Shown here: piece after piece, positions 22,970-32,207 of the stretch | Numbering within the stretch: the stretch's first letter is position 1 | How the letters are laid out: each line of letters opens with the position of its first letter | NCBI RefSeq assembly: GCF_004010195.1 | Contig: NC_057752.1 | Location: 10,395,737-10,427,943 of the forward strand | Reading direction: 5' to 3' | Source of the DNA: Chiloscyllium plagiosum | Lineage: Eukaryota | DNA: 32,207 bases | The notes under the pieces: generated by a model | Databases searched by the model: none | Told to the model about the DNA's origin: nothing | Seen by the model: only the letters and a program-made list of their open reading frames with translations | Program-made: the position numbers and the translations under genes

Positions 22970-23600
22970 GGAGGCCATGACAGAGCACTGCCATCGGCAA
23001 TTCAATGCCAACATCTAGATGCATTTTTTATGGCATTGCCAGTGACCAAAGTGTCGAAGATGTTTTGATATTTCTTTGTTCAGGTGCTCCCAGGGGTGGA
23101 CCAGGCCACAGGAAGTGACAGATGTATTATTTTATAGCTTCGAGCAAGCCATGGCACGAACCACAAACCAGCAGCAGCAGCAACATTGTGTGACCAGGCA
23201 TCAGAATCGGACCTGGCTGCTGGGTTTCACTCTCTCCAGGGCTCGCAGTTGGCAGCCCCTGTCCACAAGACTGTGGCCGACATGAACACAAAGGGAAGTT
23301 TTTCCATCAGTGTGGCAGCCCACCTCTCAGCAGAGAGTAACAATAGACTCCCTGAGAATGCTCTTCATGGCTTGACTTCAAAGCAGTTGTGTTTATGCCA
23401 GCTTTACTTGAAGAGGGCAGATGGCTCCTGAGAGACCCAGAGCACTCTTCAAACTGGGTTCAAGCTATCCATGCAATAACCACAGCTGGACCGTGGGTGT
23501 AATGAGGGTCTAGTTCATTACAGAACATACCACTGGGATCTTAAAGCAGGTATCTCCACTGATTCGGCCATACCTTACAATACAGCCATCCCAGGTTCTC
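22970..23600 (+). pseudogene. Degraded PIF/Harbinger (HARBI1-like) DDE transposase
   Basis: Collinear motifs across frameshifts: AMTEHCHRQF (~22974), ALPVTKV (23033), QEVTDVLF (23109), DQASESDLAAGF (~23192), NTKGSFSISV (23285; cf. NRKGxHSxNVQ), RLPENALH (cf. RxPGSxHD), GRWLLRD (23416-23436; cf. GWLLGD), ITEHTTGILKQ (23517; cf. IExxxGxLKxRF), TLQYS (23572). Confidence 0.75.
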
Positions 23601-23629
23601 ATAAATGACATTAACTATTGCTATGTCAG

Positions 23630-23990
23630 TTTGTCTCATTTGATGGCATTTCATTCATGAAATCCAAAGGTTATGAGTTCCTGCATTACTCTTGAGCACA
23701 TGGTCAAGGTGAACACCTCAATGCTGTACTGAAGGACTGCTGAACTATTCAGGCAGATGGAAAAGGTTCATAGAACCACTCAAAGTAAAGGAGGGAATGC
23801 TCCTGGCATCCTTGCCATTACTTATATGTCTCAAACAACAGATTAACTGGTCACGCATCTCATTCACCGCTTGTGCGGTCTCCATGTGCTGAAAGGTGCC
23901 TGCCATGTTTGCCAAGTTGACTGTACTTTAGAAGCAACTTTATTCACAATGTAACACTGGGAATAATGTGAGAGGAGTGCGTGCAATTTT
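23630..23990 (+). mobile_element. Old SacSINE1/Deu-like SINE inserted at the 3' end of the transposase remnant
   Basis: aaggttatgagttc...gcacatggtcaaggtgaacacctcaatgctgtactgaagg...aacagattaactggtca...gcctgccatgtttgcc. Confidence 0.55.
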
Positions 23991-24360
23991 GTTTTTGCTT
24001 TTAGTTTGCAAAGATATCTTACCAACAAGGAGGAACAGAACGGCAAAGACATGGCAAAACAAAAGCTGGAGAGTGTGAACATAGAAGCTGCTTTTGCAGG
24101 GAAAGCTGGGATATGGTCTTCAGTTTAAAGGTGTCTTCCAGTTAGTACTGTTGCTGTCCATGTGCAGAAACGACACATCCCTAAGCCAGCTGCAGTTGCA
24201 CTTCCTTCTGCAGATCCTCAAACCTTAATGGAGGACGTTGTAAAATTCTGACTGAAATTAACAAAAACTACAGATATTTACATAACGCCTTCAGCATAAT
24301 CAAATGACACTGACCCAGTAAAGAAACACTCAGACCAATGTAAAAATCAAATCCAGTGTT

Positions 24361-26231
24361 TTTATTCCAAGCATTAGGTGTTCAGTGAATGTAGTCAGCT
24401 TTGTACCTGTGGTTTGATGTAGTACAGAGTGCCTGGCTGAGCCCGTCTTCTCCTCAGCGATTCCCTCGGAAGGAGACAGCATGTTGTCTGACTGCTCAGT
24501 CCCACTGTCAAGTTGGTGGAACTGTCGTGCACAGGACTTCCATGTCGTAAGGACTGCAGTCGCTCTGCAAACCGGTCATCATGACTCTGGATGGTCTTGC
24601 TGCTTGCACCTGTTTAGTTTCAGGCACACCTACTGCCACTTGTAACGGGATAGTTAATGGCCTGGATCATTCGAGCCAACATCTGCTCATTAACTGCTCC
24701 CCTCCACTGGGCAGTCCTGCAAAGTGTCCACTGAGTTGGCAATGGAACCTTGGGCATCTGGAAGGTCTGTGAATCCTTACTCAAAATGTTGTCTGCATCC
24801 AGTCTCCAAGTGTGCTGAAGTTAGCAAAAAAGAGCATCCTCCAGACTGGAGTCAAAGGTTTCTATAGTAGTCATGTGAACATTCATGAGAAATGTCTGCA
24901 CTACACCAATGACTTGAACTCTGGAAATTCCCTGCAGATGCCACTCCAATTACCAAACACTGTGTGGACAACTGCAGTGCAGACAACCACATGCTCATGC
25001 CTGTACAGATCGAGGTAGCGTACTCCTCCACAATCCTTTCAACGTCTTGCAGTGAATGTTCCAAGCACACTCCTGGCTCAGCTGGATGATCTGCTCAGAC
25101 AGCAATTTCTGCTGGTCAGCAGATCCCACGCGGTTCTCCATGCTGGACTTTTGCTCAGCAAATGCCTGGTCTGCTACAGCCAACATCACTTGCTCCTCTT
25201 CACCCGTGAGTTGTGACTTACCCTGCAACCCTTCCTGTACCTCACCACCTACATCCAAAGAGTTGTGTAGCTGTTCTTGACGTTTGACAGAGAGTGATTG
25301 TGATGCACAGTGCTGTGAACAGTTGCCTTTCTCACAGACACTGCTTCTTGCTATACTCCATTTCTGTGAAAAGAGAAGATAATGTGTCATTCTGTGGTAT
25401 TACCGGCATTGTTACTTAGCTTGAGCATGTATCTGAATGACAGTCATTCAACAGGACAAAAGGGTACAACATGAACATTAAAGTACTAGCCATGAACTCG
25501 TTTGAAGCTTGCAGCTTTGTCGTCCCCCACTCCCTCTATACTCTCCCCGCGTAATATTTCCAAAGTGGCGTTCTTGGACAGGGTAGGGGACTTGTATTGG
25601 CTGGGTCCAGTGCAGCACTGCTCTCGCTGATTGAAGGCCATCTTGTCCTGCAAGTAGAAGAACAGTATTGGTAGATTGAATGTACACAGAGCACTGACAA
25701 TGTCATGCAGTTGTACAGTTTCTGTGACATACCAGATATTCTCATTAACTGGGTTAACCCTGTTCTGTTCACTTCTAAACAGTTATTGTCTAAATCCCCT
25801 TTTGGAATTGTTGCAGTACACACAAATTTGCAGAAGCACTTCAGAACTACATGTGTCTTAAACATATATACCCCCATTCATTGCCTTTGTATCTCTTGGC
25901 AGTGCTGCACTGGTTCACCTCCTCATGCCAGTTTTCATAGAGAAGCACAAAAGGATGAGAAGGTTGCCAGGGTTGACTTTCTTGCATGTCCAGTTATGGC
26001 AGGTGCGTATTAATATTATTGACTTACCTTAGCCGAATTCTTCAGATCTGCTGGCCACTTGCTGAGATCTTGGAGACAGCGTTTACGTGCTCCACGATAT
26101 CTTTCCATACCTGCTGAATCAGGTGTCTGAGGAGTGGCCCTCTGTGCAGGTACATGTTCGCCCAGTCCTTTTATTAAAGCCTTTAGCGCCTGGTTGTCAA
26201 AATGGTACTTCCTGTGCCTGGTACAGTCCAT
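24361..26231 (-). pseudogene. Degraded, intron-containing Myb/SANT-like (NAIF1/MSANTD-type) gene of a Harbinger element
   Basis: Exon 1, 26231-26028: RKYHFDNQALKALIKGL, then in the +1 frame VWKDIVEHVNAVSKI, then KWPADLKNSAK|gtaagt. Exon 2, 25647-25491: cttgcag|DKMAFNQREQCCTG...TLEILRGESIEGVGDD. Exon 3 from the acceptor at 25364 has coiled-coil-like residues (LEHSLQDVERIVEE). AATAAA at 24361-24366. Confidence 0.72.
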
Positions 26232-26324
26232 TGTCCGCAGAGGATTGCTGTGAAAATAGCTGCACTGGGCTGACACGCGCAATTTCAATGCTTTAAGCAG
26301 CTGCTTTAGCGCTGAACCTACACC

Positions 26325-26485
26325 ACCAAAAACAGATTAACTCACCATTCACCTCATTTGCTGTCCGCTAATTAGCTGCTGCATTTGCCAATATCATAGC
26401 ACTCCGAAAGTAAACCATTGCTTTTTAAGCGCTTGAGATGTTTCTGTGGGACATGGTAAGGCAGAATACAAACCTTTTTTTTCTA
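26325..26485 (+). mobile_element. 3' fragment of a SacSINE1/Deu-like SINE
   Basis: aaacagattaactcaccattcacctcatttgctgt...gctgctgcatttgcc...taagcgcttgagatgtttctg. Confidence 0.5.
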
Positions 26486-26856
26486 TAAAAACAAAAGTGT
26501 GCTGGCAATGATTATCAATGCTTTGCTTTTATTGGATGCTGCATTTTGCGATCATTATAGCGCATGTTATCTCGCATTGAAAAGAAGTTCAGCCAACTTG
26601 TGCTTCATGGCCCAATTAAACCTTAATTTGTGCAAAAACAGTGATTGCTAGACTTTAAGGTGCTCTTAATTATAGCCCCTGACCAGTATCTGCTGGCTGA
26701 TGGTGTGAAGTACCTAGTTTTATGAAACATTCACCACATGGTCTAACAGAATAAATGTCAATGTACACAATACAGTTCACAACAGTTTTCAGAGTTTGAG
26801 TCTTGGTCATTATCTTGAAAATGTTAAGCTCCCACGTATTGTGATTTTATAACCAC

Positions 26857-27065
26857 CATGACCCAGTACTCAACATGATCTAGTACACAACATAATTACT
26901 ATTTCAATAAGTTAGGTACAGTGCTCAGTGAAACAATAAGACTCAACATGCTCCAGTACTCAAGTGTGATCCAGTATGCATTCAGAAGCAGTATTCAGTG
27001 TGTTCCACAGCAAGTTGCGATCCACCACACCATATGAAAATTACACAGTGATCCAGCAGACAATA
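26857..27065. repeat. Degenerate 17-bp tandem repeat (CATGATCCAGTACTCAA-like)
   Basis: catgacccagtactcaa / catgatctagtacacaa / cataattactatttcaa ... catgctccagtactcaa / gtgtgatccagtatgca. Confidence 0.6.
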
Positions 27066-27094
27066 TGGTTCACTGCACAGGGCGTAATGGAACA

Positions 27095-29830
27095 TGCTAC
27101 AGACTTGATCTTATATTATATAGTCTCCAGGGTTGGTGCCTATATTATATAATTCATAGGGTCAGTCTCTACACTGTATATGCTATAGGGTTAATCTCTG
27201 TGCTATGTATTCTTTAGGGCTGGTCTCTGTACGTTATAGCCTATAGGGCCAATCCCTATACTGTGCATTCAACAGGGCTGGTCACCATGTTGTATGGTCT
27301 ACAGGGCTGATCCTACTACTGTGTATTCTATAAAACTGGCCTCCATGTTGTATATCTCTACACTATACAGCTCATGGGTTCAGTCTCTGTACTGTACATT
27401 CTGTAGGGCTGATCTCTAAAACTGCATTCTTTACGGCTGCCCTCTAAACTATGTATTGTATGGAGTTATTTTCAATACTTTAAATCCAGCAGGGCTGGCC
27501 TCTCTACCTTGTATTGCAAAGTGCGAATCTCTACTCTGTACATTCTACAGGGCCGGTCTCTGTAACATGTTCCATTGAGATTGTCTCTATTGTGTACATT
27601 CTATAGAATGTTTCCCTATTCTGTAAGCTGTGTCGGGTTAATATCTATACTACAAAATCTATTGGTTTCTACACTGTACATTTTATAGGTCTGGTCTCTA
27701 ACTTGTACTTTCTACCAGCTGGTCCATGTAACATGCAGAGCTGGACAATGTGTACATTTTATTTACCTTCCATTGTACATTCTACAGGATAGGATTTGTG
27801 ATGTATATTCCATAGGGTTGATCTCTGTATTGTACATTCTACAAATCTGCAACCAGTGTTATACCCTACAAGGATGGACAGCATGTTATACATTCTGTGG
27901 GGCTGGGTGTATAATGTACATTGTACAGGGCCATTTAATGTTATGTGTATTCTATGGGATCTGCCTCTATCCTACACATTCAATGGCACCTTTCTGCAGG
28001 GCTTACACTGTACATTCTAAAAGGCCAGATCACATATCATATATTCTAATCAGGCCATTCTATACTGTACATTCTACAGATATGAGCCCTATACCTTACA
28101 TTCGACACAGTTGGTCTCTATACTATACATTCTACAGAGCTGGACTCTATGCATTCTATTAGCTGGTCTCTATACTGTACAATCTATAGGTATGGTTTCT
28201 ATGCATTCTACAGGACTGGCCTCTGTTCTATATAGTTTATAGGGCCAGTCTCTGTTCCATAGCGACTAAAAGACTGGTCTCTACACTGTACATTCTATCT
28301 GGAACCAGATTCTATAATGCACAATCTTTAGCATCACTCTCTATATTGTAGATTCTACAAGGCTCATCTCTGTACTATATATCTTATAGGGCTAGTCGTG
28401 ATCCTGTAAATTCAACATGACCTGCTTGTATAAAATGTAGGGATGGTCATTATACTATCTTGTTCTACACTATAATGTAGGGCTGTTTTCTGTTGCATGC
28501 ATTCTCTAATCTCTTATTTTAAATTTCAGTAGACCTAATATAGATGCCTGGTTCAGACTGAATTCTGTTCTCCAAATAAAAGTATGATGCTGGTTTCTTT
28601 ACTATCTATATGCAAGCGCTGTTCCCATTTTGTATTGATTTGAGGGTTGCTTTTACACTAAATGCATGACAGGACTGTTTTTAAATACTATATACCATGG
28701 AACTGGTCTCTATGTTGACCATATTACAGGGCTGCTCCCTATGTCATACATATTACAGGAATAGTCTTTGATAGCATGATGATGAATTTAGATTACAAAT
28801 CTGTTCTTTATATTAATTACTATGCATTACAGCCTATTGAACACATTGCATGCATTACTGGGTGATATTTATATTGTATTTGTATGTATAACTCATTAGA
28901 GGCCTCTTACCCATTCTCATAATTATATGCAAGTTACTACCCTGTTTAAAGGGCTTTTCTCCATATTGCGTATATTATAGTTCTGTTTCCTTTGCTACAT
29001 ATATTACATGGTTGCAGGATTGGTCCCTACATTGCAGAAATTACTTGTGAGAGTCCACAGACTGCCTGTAATATAGAAGTATTATTTCTATAAATATATA
29101 CTGTCAATATTATAGACTGCTCCCTATTCTGTATAGAGAATCACAAGGTTGACAGATATACTTTCGGTATTTGTTTAATCTCTATTATTTTATACTGCAG
29201 GGCCAGTACCTGTATATTACAAGTCTGTATTGGACTTTCTGTATTACTGGCTTTGTTTCTAAATTTTTACATTGCGGACTGGCCTCTTTATTTTCCAGGT
29301 TTAATTACATTTTAGAAACGTTTCTGTATACTGTGTTTACTATAGTCCTGGTATCTGTCCTATAGTAATTAAGCTGGAGTCGATACTATGCAAGTTGGCC
29401 TCCAAGTTGTACACATTGGGTTAATATCTAATGCCTTCGTTAAAATTCTTAAATTGTACATTTTAAGTGACTGGTCTCTATTCTATGTTGGTTTCTTCTG
29501 TATATATTAAAGAGCTAGCCGCTATTTGTCTTAACACTCTTGATATTAGGCTAGTCTCTCTCTTGTAGTATTACAGTGCTGGTTTCTGTATTGTATTTAT
29601 ACCATAGTTTGTTTTTTATCCTGTGTATAGTCAGGACTGATCTCCACCCATTCTCTCTATTGCACATATATGGGAATGCTCACTTCCATATTCATTGCGG
29701 GACTATTTTTTTTTGTACTGTATATGTTACAAACTACTCTGTATTACAGGGCAGATGTCAGTACATTATATTTGACAGAGCAGATCTCAGTGTTGTATCT
29801 ATTACAGGACTACTTTGTACTGCATATCAT
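27095..29830. repeat. Degenerate 29-bp minisatellite (consensus ~CTACAGGGCTGGTCTCTATACTGTACATT), about 2.7 kb
   Basis: Consecutive 29-nt units from 27241: ctatagggccaatccctatactgtgcatt, caacagggctggtcaccatgttgtatggt, ctacagggctgatcctactactgtgtatt. Regular to about 28400, increasingly decayed to about 29830. Confidence 0.85.
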
Positions 29831-30065
29831 TTCGTTCTGTTTTAATATTATTCAAGTCATTTTGCATGTTCCATTTGACTTCTATAATTAACTCATTTTT
29901 GCTAACTGCTATTAATGGGTTCTACCGAGTCAATAACTCTCTGGATCTTACGTGTATGGTCATTGTTGAGTCTGATTAGTTTTGCCATTACTGAGAGCAC
30001 AACAGTAAGGTGATGTTGGGACTAATTACACTTTAAATGCAAGGAGTCAGTTTTATGTAATGTCA

Positions 30066-30185
<120 letters not shown>

Positions 30186-30294
30186 CTACCAGGGAATGAA
30201 ACAACACTTAGGACCATGAACTGCACATTGTAAAGTAACAGAAAGCAGCGAAACAAAATCAACCAAGAAGACTGTTCTCAAACCGACCACAAAC

Positions 30295-30440
30295 AACAAC
30301 AGCACTGTGGGTGCACCTACACCACACGTGGACTGAAGCGGTTCAAGAAGGGCAACTCCCCATCGTCTTCTCAAGGCACAATGAGGGATGAGCAATAAAT
30401 ACTGGCCCAGCCAGTGATGCCCACATCCCCTGCATCCATT
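30295..30440 (+). mobile_element. Short LINE 3' tail fragment
   Basis: aacagcactgtgggtgcacctacaccac..ggactgaagcggttcaagaagg...gggatgagcaataaatactggcccagccagtgatgcccacatccc. Confidence 0.7.
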
Positions 30441-30497
30441 TTTAAACAATGGAAGCACTGCTTGTTTATGTTGACCTTTCTCTTATTCTATACTTAC

Positions 30498-30659
30498 AGG
30501 AGGACCGTCTTCACCGGGTTCACCTTTCTCCCCAGGAGCACCAGCTGGCCCTTGAAGACCAGGGTCACCAGCGCGTCCAGCCTGACCAGGGTCACCACGT
30601 AGGCCTTTAGGACCATCTTTACCAGGAGCACCAGGAGGACCCACTGGGCCTGGGTTACC
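30498..30659 (-). CDS. col2a1: Collagen alpha-1(II) exon 42 equivalent
   Basis: 162 bp; [54 protein letters not shown]; cag/gtaagt. Confidence 0.97.
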
Positions 30660-31582
30660 CTGTAGCAAAAGAAGCAGCCATTACTACACAAAACTAAAGA
30701 AACGTACTCGTGGGATGAATAAAAGCAACTGGGACTTTAATAAACTCCATAATGATACATACTGGCTCTTCACACTGGCTGACAGTTAGAATTCCCTAAA
30801 TTGCTCGATAGAACACTATTTTAAAATGGTCATCCGGAACATTTCATGTTCATTCATTTTCTGGATTTAAATTGTAACCATAATGGGATCTCTTTTATTC
30901 ATATTCCAACAGCCCACTTCCCAATTCTTGCCAATTATCTGTCAGAATGCTCACAGCACAACAACTCAACCTGAACACTCATCTCTTTGCATTCACTGGC
31001 CTGTGAAAGGTCTGCATTACTACCTTCAAAGTCAGGGTGCTGTTGCACTGCACACGCAAGGCACACTCCTCAATGATTTACCAATTTTCGTTATCCATCA
31101 GGGCTGTGCAATGGTTCCTGCCATTTTGCCTGAAATCAGCAGCTATTCTATGTGTTAGAATTGTTACTTGGACCTCTGGAGAGGGTAAACGGCCATTTAG
31201 ATTAGTTTCTGCCTCAACTTCAGAAGATGTTGCATCTTGCAGCATGTTTTACTGGATTGTAATAATGTACATGGGTCCAGTGCACGCACACAGAGGTACC
31301 TATTGTTTCTGTCTGAGCATAGACAGTAAGTCAAGTTGTTTCAACCTAAGGAAGTGTCAGATCCAAGCCTAATCCTTCATTTTCTAGCTGGGAATACTAC
31401 ATAATGATTAGGAAGAGGAACCCTGGTTGGTTTCTGCCACTTCTTAACCCAGAGCACTCATGCTTATTGTAGTACACTATTTGCAAAAAAACACCAGATC
31501 TTTTTCCTGCTTCCCAAGGATAATTTTTACCAAGAGCTACAAAACAGAGAGAGGTCATAATCAAACCCGGAATGTTACTTAC

Positions 31583-31636
31583 ATTAGGACCAGGTGGACC
31601 AACCCTACCAGCAGCACCAGGAAAACCAGTTGCACC
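31583..31636 (-). CDS. col2a1: Collagen alpha-1(II) exon 41 equivalent (gene continues beyond the right edge)
   Basis: 54 bp; GATGFPGAAGRVGPPGPN; cag/gtaagt. Confidence 0.96.
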
Positions 31637-32075
31637 CTGAAAAGAAGAAAAGATTGAAGATGAGAAATCACTTGAATTTATGTCAAGGCAGAGTTGCAGT
31701 ATCATTTAAACATTGTTTCATAGTACACTGTGCACATTGTCATTTTAATAGTGATCCTGTCTCCCTCTCTATCTAATTCATATAATAATCACAATTCCCC
31801 CTTTTAACACTGCACTGTAGTTCCTCTTTATATCCAAACAGTGCTTTGCACTCAACTCTTCCCCTGTACAAATCTGAATGATGAGCTCAGAAACCAGTTT
31901 GAAATCAATGGGATTGGCATGGACTGAGATTATTAACATGATACTCCACTATAATGTGGGTCAGGAGAGGGGATGATCTTAGATGCATGCAATAGCACCC
32001 ACAATAGGCAGAGGGTACATGGGTTCTAATTTGGGATTTCATGATTGAGCAAAGCCAATGATAGGGGGAGAGTAC

Positions 32076-32207
32076 ACAGGGCTGTGGGAGGGGAATTAAA
32101 TGGGTGGAGAGGGTCAGTGATCGGGCACGTGTTTATACAGGGGTGTGGGAGGGGGATTAAATGGGTGGAGAGGGTCAGTGATGGGGGATGTGTTGATATG
32201 GGGCTGT
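32076..32207. repeat. G-rich ~61-bp tandem repeat, truncated by the window end
   Basis: acagggctgtgggaggggaattaaatgggtggagagggtcagtgat... starts at 32076, again at 32137, and a third unit begins near 32200. Confidence 0.85.

Noticed and set aside
22680..26700. Terminal inverted repeats and target duplication of the Harbinger element
   Set aside because: Searched by eye on both sides and found no convincing pair; element boundaries remain undefined.
27095..29830. 29-bp repeats as a CRISPR array
   Set aside because: Units are directly adjacent with no unique spacers, are highly degenerate, have no cas genes nearby, and lie in a vertebrate intron.
27773..29891. Tyr/Cys/Ile-rich ORFs (27773..28162, 29171..29365, 29576..29845, 29670..29891)
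   Set aside because: Translations of the minisatellite.

Overview
Vertebrate genomic DNA, most likely a shark (probably a carpet shark, judged from the HE1-like SINEs, CR1 LINEs and the palindromic Penelope-type repeat). The minus strand carries the 3' part of the type II collagen gene col2a1. Its 14 GT-AG coding exons match human exons 41-54 in size (54/162/108/108/54/108/54/108/54/108/289/188/243/147 bp; 595 codons including the stop at 12217-12219), followed by a 3' UTR of about 1.3-1.4 kb. The plus strand carries the last coding exon of a convergent TMEM106-family gene, probably tmem106c (1648-1765), which the ORF track misses. Highlights: (1) a fossil two-gene PIF/Harbinger transposon in the 7.4-kb col2a1 intron, with a HARBI1-like transposase on + and a spliced NAIF1/MSANTD-like Myb/SANT gene on -; (2) a 250-bp near-perfect palindrome with a hammerhead-ribozyme core at the 5' end of a Penelope-like element; (3) a col2a1 3' UTR with let-7, miR-29 and miR-148 seed sites, a long-range complementary pair, and blocks resembling the long COL1A1/COL1A2 UTRs; (4) a ~2.7-kb degenerate 29-bp minisatellite; (5) small repair scars (a micro-inversion and a templated 31-bp insertion). 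All family assignments come from reading motifs by eye and from memory; no search was run.
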